NCBI GenBank assembly: GCA_016839605.1
Contig: JAEOTX010000230.1
Coordinates: 1-23,695, forward strand
DNA: 23,695 nucleotides
Reading direction: 5' to 3'
From: Candidatus Thorarchaeota archaeon
Lineage (GTDB): Archaea; Asgardarchaeota; Thorarchaeia; Thorarchaeales; Thorarchaeaceae
Shown: positions 1 to 10,032 of the stretch, one piece after another
Layout: every line of letters begins with the position of its first letter
Position numbering within the stretch: position 1 is the stretch's first letter
The notes under the pieces: model-generated
Databases searched by the model: none
Seen by the model: only the letters and a program-made list of their open reading frames with translations
What the model was told of the DNA's origin: nothing
Made by a program: the position numbers and the translations under genes

Positions 1-120
1 CCTCGACTTCGAGATTTCTCATCTCAAGCCTTTGGCGCAATGCTCATGACCCCAGTCTTCACCTGGATGACTCCAGGAAGATTATGAGTCTCGCGCCCTA
101 CCAGTCTAGGCCACCGCGGC
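1..120 (-). tRNA. tRNA-Met(CAT), elongator type, with 67-nt canonical 37/38 intron (16-82); 3' end cut off by the window edge
   Basis: Reverse complement reads GCCGCGG-TG-GCCT(D loop)GGGC-G-CGAGA-CT-CAT-A[intron]A-TCTCG-AAGTC-GAGG. Clean bulge-helix-bulge (CTCA/TGAG helix, TAA and AAA bulges). The GCC start and lack of three consecutive anticodon-stem G-C pairs argue against initiator Met or Ile2. BRE/TATA-like AAAAGGTTATA at about 149-159 on the minus strand. Confidence 0.9.
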
Positions 121-175
121 TCGTTCGGATGAGCAACCATGGCTCCTCTATAACCTTTTCCTTCAAACCGCATTG

Positions 176-2092
176 TCACTGGTCAAGAACCCGCTTCACC
201 TCTGAGGTCAACAGCTCCTTCACGAGCTTTCCATCAGCTTTACCTCTCAGTTCATTCATAGCCACACCCATGAGACCGCCTACTGCTGCTTCGCCCCTCT
301 CACGGACAAAGTCCAGTCTGTCCTCCACTATACTTCGAATGATCTTCTCGATGTCCTCGGTTTCAATCTTGCCAAGTCCTGTTTTGGACAGTGCTTCTTG
401 AATAGCAGCGGATGGATTGTTTGCAAGAAAGGTGAGAATTTCAGGAAGTGCTTCTGATGACATTTCACTTTTTGTCACAGTTTCAAAGACCTCAAGTAAT
501 TGGGCATCCTTGATATTCTCTATGGGGATTCCATCCCTTTGCATACTCACGAGTGTGTTCTCGAGTGTCACTGCAACAAGTGTGGGTGATACCTCCATTT
601 GACTGAGAACATATTCAAAGAGATCTAGATTTAGTGAGTTCGCCATCTGTCCTGCTAAGTCCGCACTGAGACCAAGCTCCTTGACAAACCTACGCTCCTT
701 CTCCGCCAATGTTTCAGGCATCGCTTTCTTAATCCGCTTAAGCCATGAATCCGTAATCTTGACCGGTCTCACATCAGTTTCCGGATACATTCGTTCAGCA
801 CCAGGTCTAGGACGTGCATATTTTGTTGTGCCATCTGGAAGAGGTGTTCTTGTTTCAGCTGGGACTCCCTTCACAGCCTCTCGTGCCCGTTCCAGTACTG
901 CATGCAGAGCGTCTTCACATTCCTCCTTGAGCGCGGCGACAATGACAACAGCATCTTGATCTGATGCTCCAACATGCTTTCTTAGATTAGTGACTTCTAT
1001 GTCAGTTATGCCATATCTGGGGAGTTCATCGGTGTGGAATATACCTCCTACACGACCCCAGAACTTAGCATAATCTGAGAGCTCAGTCCCAAGCCTTCGG
1101 TCAGGTTGGACCTCTCGACCGACTAAACCTGCGAATCCTGGCAATTTGGCAGCAAACACCACTCCACCAGACTTCAAGGCCCGTTTCAGAACATTGGCCT
1201 CAGTCTTGGCAAAGATTTCACTGACATCATAGGCCTTGTCAGTGATGAAGTCAATTGTGATTCCTCTCTCAACCAGGATAGACTGTATTTCCAGCAGTTT
1301 TTCCTGTCGCTGTGCTTCAAGCTCGACTAATTCAGCAAGCATGTCTAGCTGCTGAAAGCCCTTGATTTCAATGATAGCCCCCCCGCTAATCGACACATTG
1401 ACATCTTGACGAATTGTCCCGAGACCGCGTTTCACCTTTCCAGTTGACCTGAGAAGACGTCCTAGGACAAGAGCGGTTTCTTGAGCCTCCTCTGGAGTCC
1501 GGATATCGGGAGCTGTGGCAATCTCGATGAGAGGGATTCCTAGTCTGTCCAGCCTGTATATCCTCATGTTTTTCTTGTCATCTTCATCCATTTTTCTGGC
1601 TGCGTCTTCCTCCAGACAGATTGTCTGAATTCCAATCACTTTCTCTCCCACCAAGACTTTCCCACCAGTGGCCACGATACATGTGCGTTGGAACCCTGTG
1701 GTATTACTACCATCAATCACAATTTTTCTCATGGGATGTATCTCATCTACAGGGACAGAGTCAAGGAAATTTGTCATGGTCAGACTGATGTCAATGGCAT
1801 CCTCACAGAGATTGTGAGGGGGTTCTTCATCAGCCTCAACAAGACAAGTAGTGTCATTGTAATACTCGTAATAGAATCGTTTGTGTTGCTGAAACTCAAA
1901 GAGTGCCGCTGGATCCACTGCACCCATCTCACTCTGCGTTGGTCTCAGTCGTCTGACAAAACCACCATGCGGGTCTTCGTCACGAATCACCGTGGGGCAG
2001 TGACAGTAGAGCTTGCGAGAAGTATTCAACTGTTGATGGAGCTCGAGACCAACCATCAGACCGAGTTTCTTGTAGCGGTCAGCCTCATCCAT
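176..2092 (-). CDS. gatE: Glutamyl-tRNA(Gln) amidotransferase subunit E
   Basis: GLELHQQL, DGSNTTGFQRT, EEDAARK, RLGIPLIEI and RGLGTIRQDVNVSI motifs, an AspRS-like insertion and a C-terminal Yqey-like tail; abuts gatD. Confidence 0.97.
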   Translation of the reverse strand: MDEADRYKKLGLMVGLELHQQLNTSRKLYCHCPTVIRDEDPHGGFVRRLRPTQSEMGAVDPAALFEFQQHKRFYYEYYNDTTCLVEADEEPPHNLCEDAIDISLTMTNFLDSVPVDEIHPMRKIVIDGSNTTGFQRTCIVATGGKVLVGEKVIGIQTICLEEDAARKMDEDDKKNMRIYRLDRLGIPLIEIATAPDIRTPEEAQETALVLGRLLRSTGKVKRGLGTIRQDVNVSISGGAIIEIKGFQQLDMLAELVELEAQRQEKLLEIQSILVERGITIDFITDKAYDVSEIFAKTEANVLKRALKSGGVVFAAKLPGFAGLVGREVQPDRRLGTELSDYAKFWGRVGGIFHTDELPRYGITDIEVTNLRKHVGASDQDAVVIVAALKEECEDALHAVLERAREAVKGVPAETRTPLPDGTTKYARPRPGAERMYPETDVRPVKITDSWLKRIKKAMPETLAEKERRFVKELGLSADLAGQMANSLNLDLFEYVLSQMEVSPTLVAVTLENTLVSMQRDGIPIENIKDAQLLEVFETVTKSEMSSEALPEILTFLANNPSAAIQEALSKTGLGKIETEDIEKIIRSIVEDRLDFVRERGEAAVGGLMGVAMNELRGKADGKLVKELLTSEVKRVLDQ

Positions 2093-3445
2093 CTAGGCTT
2101 CCTCCGCAGGGGTAGAGTATTCTGCCATCTCTGAACGCATCTCTATCTCGCCTGATATTGTTTCGACAAGACCAGCTGTCACCTTCTTGGTGGTCTTCAT
2201 GTTGGCAAGGAGCCAAGATAGTTTGACAAATGCCGTTTCAGTAAGCATGTCTTCACATGCCACAACACCCAACTCCAATAACTCCACGCCGGTTCGGTAC
2301 ACATCCATATCAACCCGGCCAGATATACATTGACTAGTCATTGCAACAACTATATCGTTTTCAACTGCACGTTTCACAGATGATTGTAGGGACTTGGGAG
2401 CATGCCCGAGGCCAGTACCTTCAATGACTATTCCTCGATATTCGTGATTAACAAGATGGTCGATTACATCATGACTGAAACCAGGGTAAGTCTTCACAAT
2501 GGCGACCTTTTCTTCGAACTTTGGCTTCAGCTTTAGAATCCGTTTTGAATCGCGTCTGAGAAGAGGTGGGTTCATCTCTGTTATGCTAGAGGATTCGATT
2601 CGGAATAGAGGATAGGAATTGATTGATTGAAAAGCATCACGCCTGCTTGTATGGCTTTTCCGTACGCGAGTGCCACGGTGTGCATATGCAAAGCTGTCAT
2701 CCGTTTCACCATGCATAACTAGCATCACTTCTGCGGCGTCAGCACGACCTACGAAGTCTGTGGCAAGAATAAGGTTCATCGCAGCATCAGAGGATGGTCT
2801 GTCAGATGACCTTTGGGAACCTACCAAGACCACAGGTATTGGAAGATTCTGAAGTGCAAAGGACAAGGCTGCTGAAGTGAATCCAAGTGTATCTGTGCCA
2901 TGAGCAATGATGACACCGTTTGTGCCTTGTTTAATCTCACTAGCTACCGCTCTGGCCATCTTGGTCCAGTCTGATGGTCTGATGTCCTCAGAAAACACAC
3001 TCATCAAGACCTTGGCTCTGACATCGGCATGATCCTTCAGTTCGGGAACTGTGTCATACAAGTCCTGTGCGGTCAGTGCAGGATTGACTGCCCCAGTCCT
3101 ATAGTCCACTTTACTGGCGATTGTTCCTCCAGTACTAAGAATCGAAACTGCAGGGAGGTCTTTACTTTGCGCTGACACACCCTTTGAGGCTGTGCGTTTG
3201 CTTGTCCTACCCTTCTTGGCAAGTATTACTTCTGAATCATTGGTAAGACGAATTCCAAAATTATATCCAGTAGCCAGTTTGACGACAATATGGTCTGGGT
3301 CACTGCCTATCTGAGCCCGAGGCATTAGAACGCCGTTGTGCTCCTCACCATCATGTCGAATTGTGATTGTGTCGCCAATCTTGACCCCGGCTGCCGAGAG
3401 CTTTTCCAGAACAAGTCCACTATAACCAGAACCGTCCAGACTCAA
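2093..3445 (-). CDS. gatD: Glutamyl-tRNA(Gln) amidotransferase subunit D
   Basis: Asparaginase-like motifs STGGTIASKVDYRTG, HGTDT and GSQRSSDRPSSDA, plus the N-terminal GatD barrel (KLATGYNFG). Confidence 0.97.
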   Translation of the reverse strand: MSLDGSGYSGLVLEKLSAAGVKIGDTITIRHDGEEHNGVLMPRAQIGSDPDHIVVKLATGYNFGIRLTNDSEVILAKKGRTSKRTASKGVSAQSKDLPAVSILSTGGTIASKVDYRTGAVNPALTAQDLYDTVPELKDHADVRAKVLMSVFSEDIRPSDWTKMARAVASEIKQGTNGVIIAHGTDTLGFTSAALSFALQNLPIPVVLVGSQRSSDRPSSDAAMNLILATDFVGRADAAEVMLVMHGETDDSFAYAHRGTRVRKSHTSRRDAFQSINSYPLFRIESSSITEMNPPLLRRDSKRILKLKPKFEEKVAIVKTYPGFSHDVIDHLVNHEYRGIVIEGTGLGHAPKSLQSSVKRAVENDIVVAMTSQCISGRVDMDVYRTGVELLELGVVACEDMLTETAFVKLSWLLANMKTTKKVTAGLVETISGEIEMRSEMAEYSTPAEEA

Positions 3446-3521
3446 TCATATCCCACCTTGAGGTTCCAGAGTTCAACGCTGCTGGCTGAGTCATAAAGTC
3501 TTCGCCCATAACGATTAGGAA

Positions 3522-4082
3522 TCAAATGACTCCTGCAAGGACCAAAATTCCAAAAGCAATGAATACTAGGCCGGTCACTCTCCGAATGGTGCTCACAGGC
3601 ACTCGTTCAGCTACTCGGTCTCCGGCATATGCCCCAATAAGATTGACTATCAGAAAACCAGCCATAGCACCTAGGAAGACCAGTAGTGGGAAAGTAGCCT
3701 GAACTGCAAGAGCTAGAATCGCAATCTGACTCTTATCACCTAGTTCAGAGAATAGGACCAAAGATACCATACTCATGAACGTCGTCGGCTGTTTGCATTC
3801 ATCAGGTTCCGGATCATTCCTGACAAGCGTATGGATGCCCATGACAACGAAGAGCAATCCCGAAACATAGAGTATGAACTCAATCGGGATGGCTACAGCC
3901 AATACGAAGCCGGCAACAACAGCTATTGCGGAGGCAATTGCTAGAGCGGACATGGCTGCAAGGAGAATGACTGCAGGACGTCTGTACTGTGCACTGAGAC
4001 ACATGGTTGTCAACATAGTCTTGTCACCAATCTCGGTGATGAAAACAAGACCAAATGCAGACATCAGTGCTTGAATTGGCAT
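3522..4082 (-). CDS. GDT1/TMEM165 (UPF0016) family Ca2+/Mn2+ transporter
   Basis: Two E-x-G-D-K-[T/S] motifs (EIGDKT, ELGDKSQ) in a protein with about six hydrophobic segments. Confidence 0.92.
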   Translation of the reverse strand: MPIQALMSAFGLVFITEIGDKTMLTTMCLSAQYRRPAVILLAAMSALAIASAIAVVAGFVLAVAIPIEFILYVSGLLFVVMGIHTLVRNDPEPDECKQPTTFMSMVSLVLFSELGDKSQIAILALAVQATFPLLVFLGAMAGFLIVNLIGAYAGDRVAERVPVSTIRRVTGLVFIAFGILVLAGVI

Positions 4083-4143
4083 TTCGTTCTCTTCGCAAAG
4101 ATTCTACCCGATAAGGCTATCCCAATAGACATTCCAGAAAAAG

Positions 4144-4231
4144 TGGTGCGGGAGAGGGGACTTGAACCCCTGGACTCCTACGAGAGAGGATCTTAAGTCC
4201 TCCGCCTTTGACCGGTCTTGGCTACTCCCGC
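4144..4231 (-). tRNA. tRNA-Leu(TAA), CCA encoded
   Basis: GCGGGAG acceptor stem, GAGGA-CT-TAA-GA-TCCTC anticodon arm, long variable arm, GGTTCAAGTCC T-arm, ACCA end. Confidence 0.96.
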
Positions 4232-4346
4232 TTAAGACGGTCAGGCTATTTTTGACCCCTTCGATGGCTCGTAGGAACTCACCGCACGTTTTCTCTGGAA
4301 CAACAGCAGCTCTTCAACTCTTTGGTGACTTATCGTTCGAGAATTA

Positions 4347-4456
4347 TGGTGGGCCGGGCCGGATTTGAACCAGCGACCTTCGAATCTGAAGAGCACAAAG
4401 CTCAACCAGTTTCTCGGTGTAAGCGAGACATCATAGCCGGGCTAGACTACCGGCCC
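4347..4456 (-). tRNA. tRNA-Val(TAC) with a 32-nt intron at position 44/45 (4379-4410), CCA encoded
   Basis: GGGCCGG acceptor stem, TCTCG-CT-TAC-AC-CGAGA anticodon arm, GCTGG-TTCAAAT-CCGGC T-arm. Removing 4379-4410 restores an AGGTC variable loop. TTTTATT box about 28 nt upstream. Confidence 0.9.
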
Positions 4457-4496
4457 CTAGCGGTTTCGGGTGTTTCAATTGGAATAAAAGAATTGC

Positions 4497-5174
4497 CTAT
4501 TGGCGAATGCCAATCAGATGAATTTCCTGACGGATCATGTCCAGAGTAAGGTCTAGAATATCCACAAAACCCAGTTCGGAAACTTGATTGTGTAGCTCTG
4601 CTATTGTTTCAGGTGTACTTTTTGACTTGAATGCTGCCACCAGTCGACCACCTTTCTTCATGAGATTAGAGAACTTCTGAATCAGATCAAGTGTGCCATT
4701 CGGTTCTGTAGTGACATCTACAAGTAACAGATCCAAGGTGCCATTTTCGCAGATGATTGAGGAATCCATTGTGAAGGCATCATCAATCAGGATTGAAATA
4801 CTTGGATAGAAATCAGCAAGTTTCTCTAGGGTGTCTGTAAATTCATCAGAAACCTCGATGCCAATGGCGGAGATTTTTTTTTCACTCAAATAGGCCAAGA
4901 ACCCGCCTGCTGAGCTACCAATGTCAACAGCTAGACTTACCTCTTGTAGCAGGGTTCCGTCTAGATGCTTGTCAATCTCCTCAAGTTTTGCATATCCAAT
5001 GGGATGATCTTGTATTATAGTTGATACAACTATGGAGTCTGTCTTCGTAACTTGTTTAGAAGGCTTTGATAGTGCTCCATTCACCTTGACGTGCCCTGCA
5101 CGAATGGCGCGTTTTGCAGCCTGACGTGAGGAAAAATGACCTTGTTCCACCAGCCAGATATCAAGTCTTGTCAT
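4497..5174 (-). CDS. S4-domain plus FtsJ-like RNA 2'-O-methyltransferase (TlyA-like)
   Basis: N-terminal S4 (RLDIWL...SRQAAKRAIRAGHVKVNG) and SAM-binding DIGSSAGGF motif. Confidence 0.85.
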   Translation of the reverse strand: MTRLDIWLVEQGHFSSRQAAKRAIRAGHVKVNGALSKPSKQVTKTDSIVVSTIIQDHPIGYAKLEEIDKHLDGTLLQEVSLAVDIGSSAGGFLAYLSEKKISAIGIEVSDEFTDTLEKLADFYPSISILIDDAFTMDSSIICENGTLDLLLVDVTTEPNGTLDLIQKFSNLMKKGGRLVAAFKSKSTPETIAELHNQVSELGFVDILDLTLDMIRQEIHLIGIRQ

Positions 5175-5937
5175 GATACTGTTCTCCCACCTCGCTTGGA
5201 ATAAACAAATGCATTGGTACTCCTCTTAGTTTTGGACCAATGGCCGCCAAAATCCCAGAGGCACGTGTGCTTCTCTTGCATCTGAGTGAGTATTCGAAAC
5301 TACCAAGTTTCTCCACGCGATAGATGTCTTCTAGGTGATTCGACTTCTTCAGTGCACCATCCAGCATCTTCCTTGTAGAACCTAGTACAAGTAGACGTTC
5401 GTGATCATCCTTTACCCATCTGTTGAGCTGATTGAGAAAAGACTCAGCAAGCTCAGCCTCTATCTTGGGACCACGAATGTCCACGTTGGTTATGTTGATT
5501 TTGACAGGCAAATTGTCAACGAAAACTAGTGCCTTAGCAATTGCACGTAGAGAGAGCTTTTCCAATGAGAGTTGTTCCCGAAGACGAAATAGTGGAATAA
5601 GAGCATCAACGTAGAGTGGGGTAGTGATACCAATGTCGACATAGAGACCGTACCCCACCTTTCCAGTATCAACAAAGTATCCTGAATATGTAGATTCAAC
5701 TGAAATTGCATCAGTTGCAGTTACGGCACCATATTCTTTGGCGAGTACGTTAGTAACGAATTCTTCATCGTCACCATCGATTTCAACAATAATGCGGTCT
5801 CTTTTATCGGTCTTTAGCCTTGACAGGCTAACATCAAGTTCTCTGGTCATCTCGGAAATGTATGATTCTACACTATGGAGAATTCTTCCCCGAAATGAAC
5901 CATACGCACGGGCCTTGAAAACTAGACGTTTCACCAA
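5161..5937 (-). CDS. DUF2110 family protein
   Basis: GKVGYGLYVDIG and VEKLGSFEYSLRCK..T.ASGIL..IGP segments resemble DUF2110; lies directly downstream of tfe, its usual position. Confidence 0.75.
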   Translation of the reverse strand: MVKRLVFKARAYGSFRGRILHSVESYISEMTRELDVSLSRLKTDKRDRIIVEIDGDDEEFVTNVLAKEYGAVTATDAISVESTYSGYFVDTGKVGYGLYVDIGITTPLYVDALIPLFRLREQLSLEKLSLRAIAKALVFVDNLPVKINITNVDIRGPKIEAELAESFLNQLNRWVKDDHERLLVLGSTRKMLDGALKKSNHLEDIYRVEKLGSFEYSLRCKRSTRASGILAAIGPKLRGVPMHLFIPSEVGEQYHDKT

Positions 5938-5991
5938 TCCATCTCCAGATGCTGGCTAATCCTTGCTCGCTAAGTAGGTTTCTGAAGCTCC

Positions 5992-6519
5992 TTATGTTGT
6001 AGATGTGGCCTCTAGATCCGCCTTCAATTCCTCTACTCGTTTCTTGAGAAAGTTGATTGCCCTCTTGTTGTCTACGTACTCTAGCTGCTCGTTGCATGAG
6101 GGGCAACGAAATGATAGATTCATCGCCTCTTCAAATGGAACTGGAGACGAGTCGCGCTTTACACAGGCATAGAGATCATTGTTTGTTTCATGTTCAAGTC
6201 TCTGCTCGAGTAGGTTCAACACCATGCGCTTCTTCCGATTGACTAGAGCTTGAGCCTTTTTTGGGTCAATCTTCCAGTAATAAAGGAACCAGCCAGTGTT
6301 AGTATCACGAATCCGGCGATAAGAAGCCAAGTGATTGTCGTGTAGTTTGTAGAGAATTCTGCGAACAATGTTCAATTTCAAATCGGTCTTAGTTGCAATT
6401 TCCTCATCTGTGGTTTCTTCAGCATTGACAAGGACTGATGCAACGTCTACACCTTCCTTGCCTGATATCTCTTCAACTACAAGGCGGAAAAGATCATGAT
6501 TGATGTTCGCATGTGCCAT
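5992..6519 (-). CDS. tfe: Transcription factor E (TFIIE-alpha homologue)
   Basis: Winged helix TDEEIA...LNIVRRILYKL, the TGWFLYYW motif, and a Zn ribbon (YAC...FRCPSC). Confidence 0.95.
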   Translation of the reverse strand: MAHANINHDLFRLVVEEISGKEGVDVASVLVNAEETTDEEIATKTDLKLNIVRRILYKLHDNHLASYRRIRDTNTGWFLYYWKIDPKKAQALVNRKKRMVLNLLEQRLEHETNNDLYACVKRDSSPVPFEEAMNLSFRCPSCNEQLEYVDNKRAINFLKKRVEELKADLEATSTT

Positions 6520-6666
6520 TTGATGTTATCACCCTAGCGTACGATAGTTGGCTAGTCAACTGTATGTTAATGTAACCAAAAGCCCTGCGTTTGGAAACTT
6601 GAACTTGCACTTACTATACTATAATGGTATAAGACACTATATATTCACTTCGTTTGAGGTCGCATT

Positions 6667-7236
6667 TCAATCAGACTTCTGGGACTTCTTTCGTTTGACA
6701 ACTACTCTATCTCCTAGCGTAGGACCTCCACCAGAGCCTCCTCGAGAGGTCTTGATAGGGACAGAGTCAATAGGTTCAAGCAACGAAATCTCCAGCTCTC
6801 TCTCAAGGCCTCTAATCGTCTTGCGCGTAGGTTTTAGTCGACCAGCCTCTATTGCTTGAAGAGTTGAGATACGTTCTCCTACTTTCTGTGCAAGTTCCTC
6901 TTGGTTCAGCTTCTTTTTCTGCCTTGCAACCTGGATTATTTTGGCGTAGTCTTCTACTAACATCATGTCGTCAAGGAGGGTTCCACTCGACCTTGGTTTG
7001 GGTTTTCTCTTGGGAGAAGATGGTAATCTGCGTGGAGCTGTTGGGGCAGATTTTCTTGGTCGGCCAACCCAAGACGGTCTCACCTTTGGCGCGGATGAGC
7101 CCTGATGACCTGAAGCAGTTTCAGAACCACCGAATTTGCTTGCACATTGAGGGCAGACGTTCATTCTAGCACCCTCAATCTCAACGTTTCGTCCACGACC
7201 CTTCATGTTTCGTCCACAAAGTTCGCAACTGGGCAC
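6667..7236 (-). CDS. mbf1: Archaeal multiprotein bridging factor aMBF1
   Basis: N-terminal CELCG...VCPQC Zn ribbon, LVEDYA...Cro-type HTH, and C-terminal TLGD motif. Confidence 0.93.
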   Translation of the reverse strand: MPSCELCGRNMKGRGRNVEIEGARMNVCPQCASKFGGSETASGHQGSSAPKVRPSWVGRPRKSAPTAPRRLPSSPKRKPKPRSSGTLLDDMMLVEDYAKIIQVARQKKKLNQEELAQKVGERISTLQAIEAGRLKPTRKTIRGLERELEISLLEPIDSVPIKTSRGGSGGGPTLGDRVVVKRKKSQKSD

Positions 7237-7379
7237 GTCAATTTTCCCTCTTCAATCCACTCAAAATCGGATATGTAGATAAAAGTAACTACCTGGGACG
7301 TGGGTACAGGTTAGTACATATAGACCCTCAAAATAAACCTTTTAACAACATCAGGGAATTGGGGTGCGAGGTGCGCTGA

Positions 7380-8579
7380 ATGCCAGGAACTACTGATGCC
7401 AAAAAAGACGGCATTGACGATGCATCGTACACAGAGAATTACACTAGACATCTGGAACGCCGTCTTCGTGCTCTTGAAACAGAAAAGCAGATACTTCAGG
7501 CTGAGCGTTCTAGATTGGAGAAAGAAACTCAGACTCTCCGAACGGAGCTTGAAAAGCTTAGACAGTCACCTCTTATCACTGCAACAGTAATTGAGATGCT
7601 GGAAGATGGTAGAGCTGTTGTCAAGAGCTCTACAGGACCAAACTTCGTAGTGCACGTTTCTTCGTCCATAGCCAAGGACAAAATACAACCTGGGATGAGA
7701 GTAGCCCTTAATCAGCGATCTTTTGCAGTCACACAGGAACTACCTCCATCAAGAGACCCAATGATCAGAGCAATGGAGATTGAAGAGGCGCCTGAAGTGG
7801 CGTATTCCGATATCGGTGGTCTCAGGGATCAGCTTCTTGAAATTAAGGAAACCGTTGAACTGCCACTCCTGAAACCGCATCTGTTCGAACAGGTGGGCAT
7901 CGAACCGCCAAGAGGAGTTCTTCTCACTGGACCGCCTGGAACAGGAAAGACACTTTGTGCACGAGCTGTAGCACATGAAACCAATGCAACCTTCATTCGT
8001 GTGATCGGATCGGAACTAGTGCAGAAATTCATTGGAGAAGGTGCCCGTCTTGTACGGGAGATATTCTTGCTTGCTAAAGAAAAAGCACCAGCAATCGTGT
8101 TTGTGGACGAACTGGATGCGGTTGGTTCGCATAGACTTGACATAGCAACTTCAGGTGACAGGGAAGTCCAGCGGACTCTGATGCAACTCCTTAGTGAACT
8201 GGATGGTTTCGAGAGTCGAGGGCAGGTAGCTGTTCTTGGTGCTACTAACAGACCTGATATTTTGGATCCTGCCTTGTTGAGACCTGGAAGATTTGACCGA
8301 ATAATCGAGTTTCCATTCCCAGATGAGGACAGCCGTGAGGAAATCTTCAAGATTCACACCCGTGGCATGAATTTGGATGCAAAGCTTGAGTTTCGTAAAC
8401 TTGTTTCTGCTACTAGCAGTATGACTGGTGCAGATATCAAGGCAATATGCACAGAAGCAGGTATGTTTGCTATTCGTGAAAGCAGAGTCTGTGTACGGCA
8501 AGATGATTTTAGTAAGGCTATAGCAAAGGTCCAAAGCCGTGGTAAAGGAGAAGGTGCTCCAGGCAGCATGTATTGCTGA
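7380..8579 (+). CDS. pan: Proteasome-activating nucleotidase
   Basis: Coiled coil, OB domain, [15 protein letters not shown], second region of homology ([20 protein letters not shown]), and C-terminal HbYX motif (MYC). Confidence 0.97.
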   Translation: MPGTTDAKKDGIDDASYTENYTRHLERRLRALETEKQILQAERSRLEKETQTLRTELEKLRQSPLITATVIEMLEDGRAVVKSSTGPNFVVHVSSSIAKDKIQPGMRVALNQRSFAVTQELPPSRDPMIRAMEIEEAPEVAYSDIGGLRDQLLEIKETVELPLLKPHLFEQVGIEPPRGVLLTGPPGTGKTLCARAVAHETNATFIRVIGSELVQKFIGEGARLVREIFLLAKEKAPAIVFVDELDAVGSHRLDIATSGDREVQRTLMQLLSELDGFESRGQVAVLGATNRPDILDPALLRPGRFDRIIEFPFPDEDSREEIFKIHTRGMNLDAKLEFRKLVSATSSMTGADIKAICTEAGMFAIRESRVCVRQDDFSKAIAKVQSRGKGEGAPGSMYC

Positions 8580-8704
8580 ATTCTATGACCTCGGTCCCAC
8601 CTGCAAGTATTGTAATGCATGCAATAAAAGCAGGAGAAAGTAATGTCGTAGGATATGTCATCCTAGCATCAACATTTTATGGGAATGACCAAGGTAGATA
8701 GTTA

Positions 8705-9526
8705 ATGCAATATCTAGAGTTTCTCAAAATCAGACTTCAAGGAGTCGTTCCTGAGAGTACTAGACTTCCCTCGGGGTTCCATTTGATTGGACATGTAGCT
8801 ATTTTGAACTTGAACAATAGTTGTGTTTCTTTTGCAGAACAGATAGGACAGGTGACTCTAGAATATGACAAAAGAATAAAATCGGTTGCATTCAAAACTG
8901 GTCCCACAGAAGGATGCTTTCGTAAACCAGATTATACATTGATTGCAGGAGATTCTAACACCCTTACAACACACGTTGAGGCAGGAGTTAGTTTCAGGGT
9001 CGATCCACTACGGTTCACATTCTCTGGAGGCAACCGCGCCGAGAGAATTAGAATGGGTAAAATTGTTGAGTCGGAGGAAAGGATCTTAGACATGTTTGCT
9101 TGTGTCGGCCAGTTCTCTCTTCATGCAGCTGCAAAACCAGGAACAGAAGTGATTGCAATTGAGATTAATCCAGATGCATACAGCTTACTGGTTGAAAATA
9201 TCAGTCTGAACAAGCTGAATGATAGAATGAGTGCAATTCTGGGTGATTGTCGCAATGTTCATCCAAAGGGCTCCATGAATCGCGTGATTATGGGGTATCT
9301 TCATGATACACAGAACTACCTGATTCATGCACTAGATGCCTTAGTGTCAGAAGGAGGTATTGTACACATGCATATTGCGTTGCCTGAAGACAAGCTACTT
9401 GAAACTACTGAAACTGTAGGAGAAATCTGTTCAAGTCATGGTTTCACATCTCAGGTTTCAATTCGTAGAGTGAAGATATATGCTCCAAACATCTACCACA
9501 ATGTATTCGACATCCTAGTTGAATAG
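8705..9526 (+). CDS. Met-10+/Trm5/Tyw2-like tRNA modification transferase (probably Taw2-type)
   Basis: IGHVAIL, FSGGNRAERIRM, DMFACVGQFSL, IEINPDAY and RVIMGY motifs. Confidence 0.85.
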   Translation: MQYLEFLKIRLQGVVPESTRLPSGFHLIGHVAILNLNNSCVSFAEQIGQVTLEYDKRIKSVAFKTGPTEGCFRKPDYTLIAGDSNTLTTHVEAGVSFRVDPLRFTFSGGNRAERIRMGKIVESEERILDMFACVGQFSLHAAAKPGTEVIAIEINPDAYSLLVENISLNKLNDRMSAILGDCRNVHPKGSMNRVIMGYLHDTQNYLIHALDALVSEGGIVHMHIALPEDKLLETTETVGEICSSHGFTSQVSIRRVKIYAPNIYHNVFDILVE

Positions 9527-9602
9527 GCAAACTGTGTTCAAGCGTAAGCATTTTATCTCCTCCGTCAAGTGTCAGATTATGGACCAAACTTGAGGCCTAA
9601 CA

Positions 9603-10007
9603 ATGTCACGTAGACGTGGTCAACGCGGAATGTCCCCCAGAGCTATTGCTCGAATGATGAAACAGATGGGTATTGAACAGCAGGATATAGCTGGTGTCAA
9701 GGAAGTGATATTCCGTTTTGCGGACAAGGAATGGGTGGTGAGTGATCCTCAGGTGTCGTTGGTAAAACAGGCTGGTAGTGAATCGTTCCAAGTATCTGGG
9801 ACGAAACTAGAACGCGGTCTGACTACAAGTGGTAGCGCTGAAAGCGGCGACGCAGTTCAAGAGCCGGTGAAAGAGATTGAGATTCCAATGGAAGATGCAG
9901 CGCTTGTTGCTGCACAGACTGGTGTAGATATTGAAGTTGCAAAAGAAGCACTAAGAGAAACCCAAGGTGATCTTGCAGCAGCGATTCTGAAGCTGAGACA
10001 TGCATAA
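9603..10007 (+). CDS. nac: Nascent polypeptide-associated complex protein
   Basis: PR...MMKQMGI NAC domain and C-terminal UBA-like domain (VAAQTGV...GDLAAAIL). Confidence 0.95.
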   Translation: MSRRRGQRGMSPRAIARMMKQMGIEQQDIAGVKEVIFRFADKEWVVSDPQVSLVKQAGSESFQVSGTKLERGLTTSGSAESGDAVQEPVKEIEIPMEDAALVAAQTGVDIEVAKEALRETQGDLAAAILKLRHA

Positions 10008-10032
10008 ATGTAATACAGTTAATACCAGAGAT

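Noticed and set aside
4144-4456. Integrated element at the tRNA genes
   Set aside because: No integrase and no duplicated tRNA 3' end seen in the window; the flanking genes are housekeeping.
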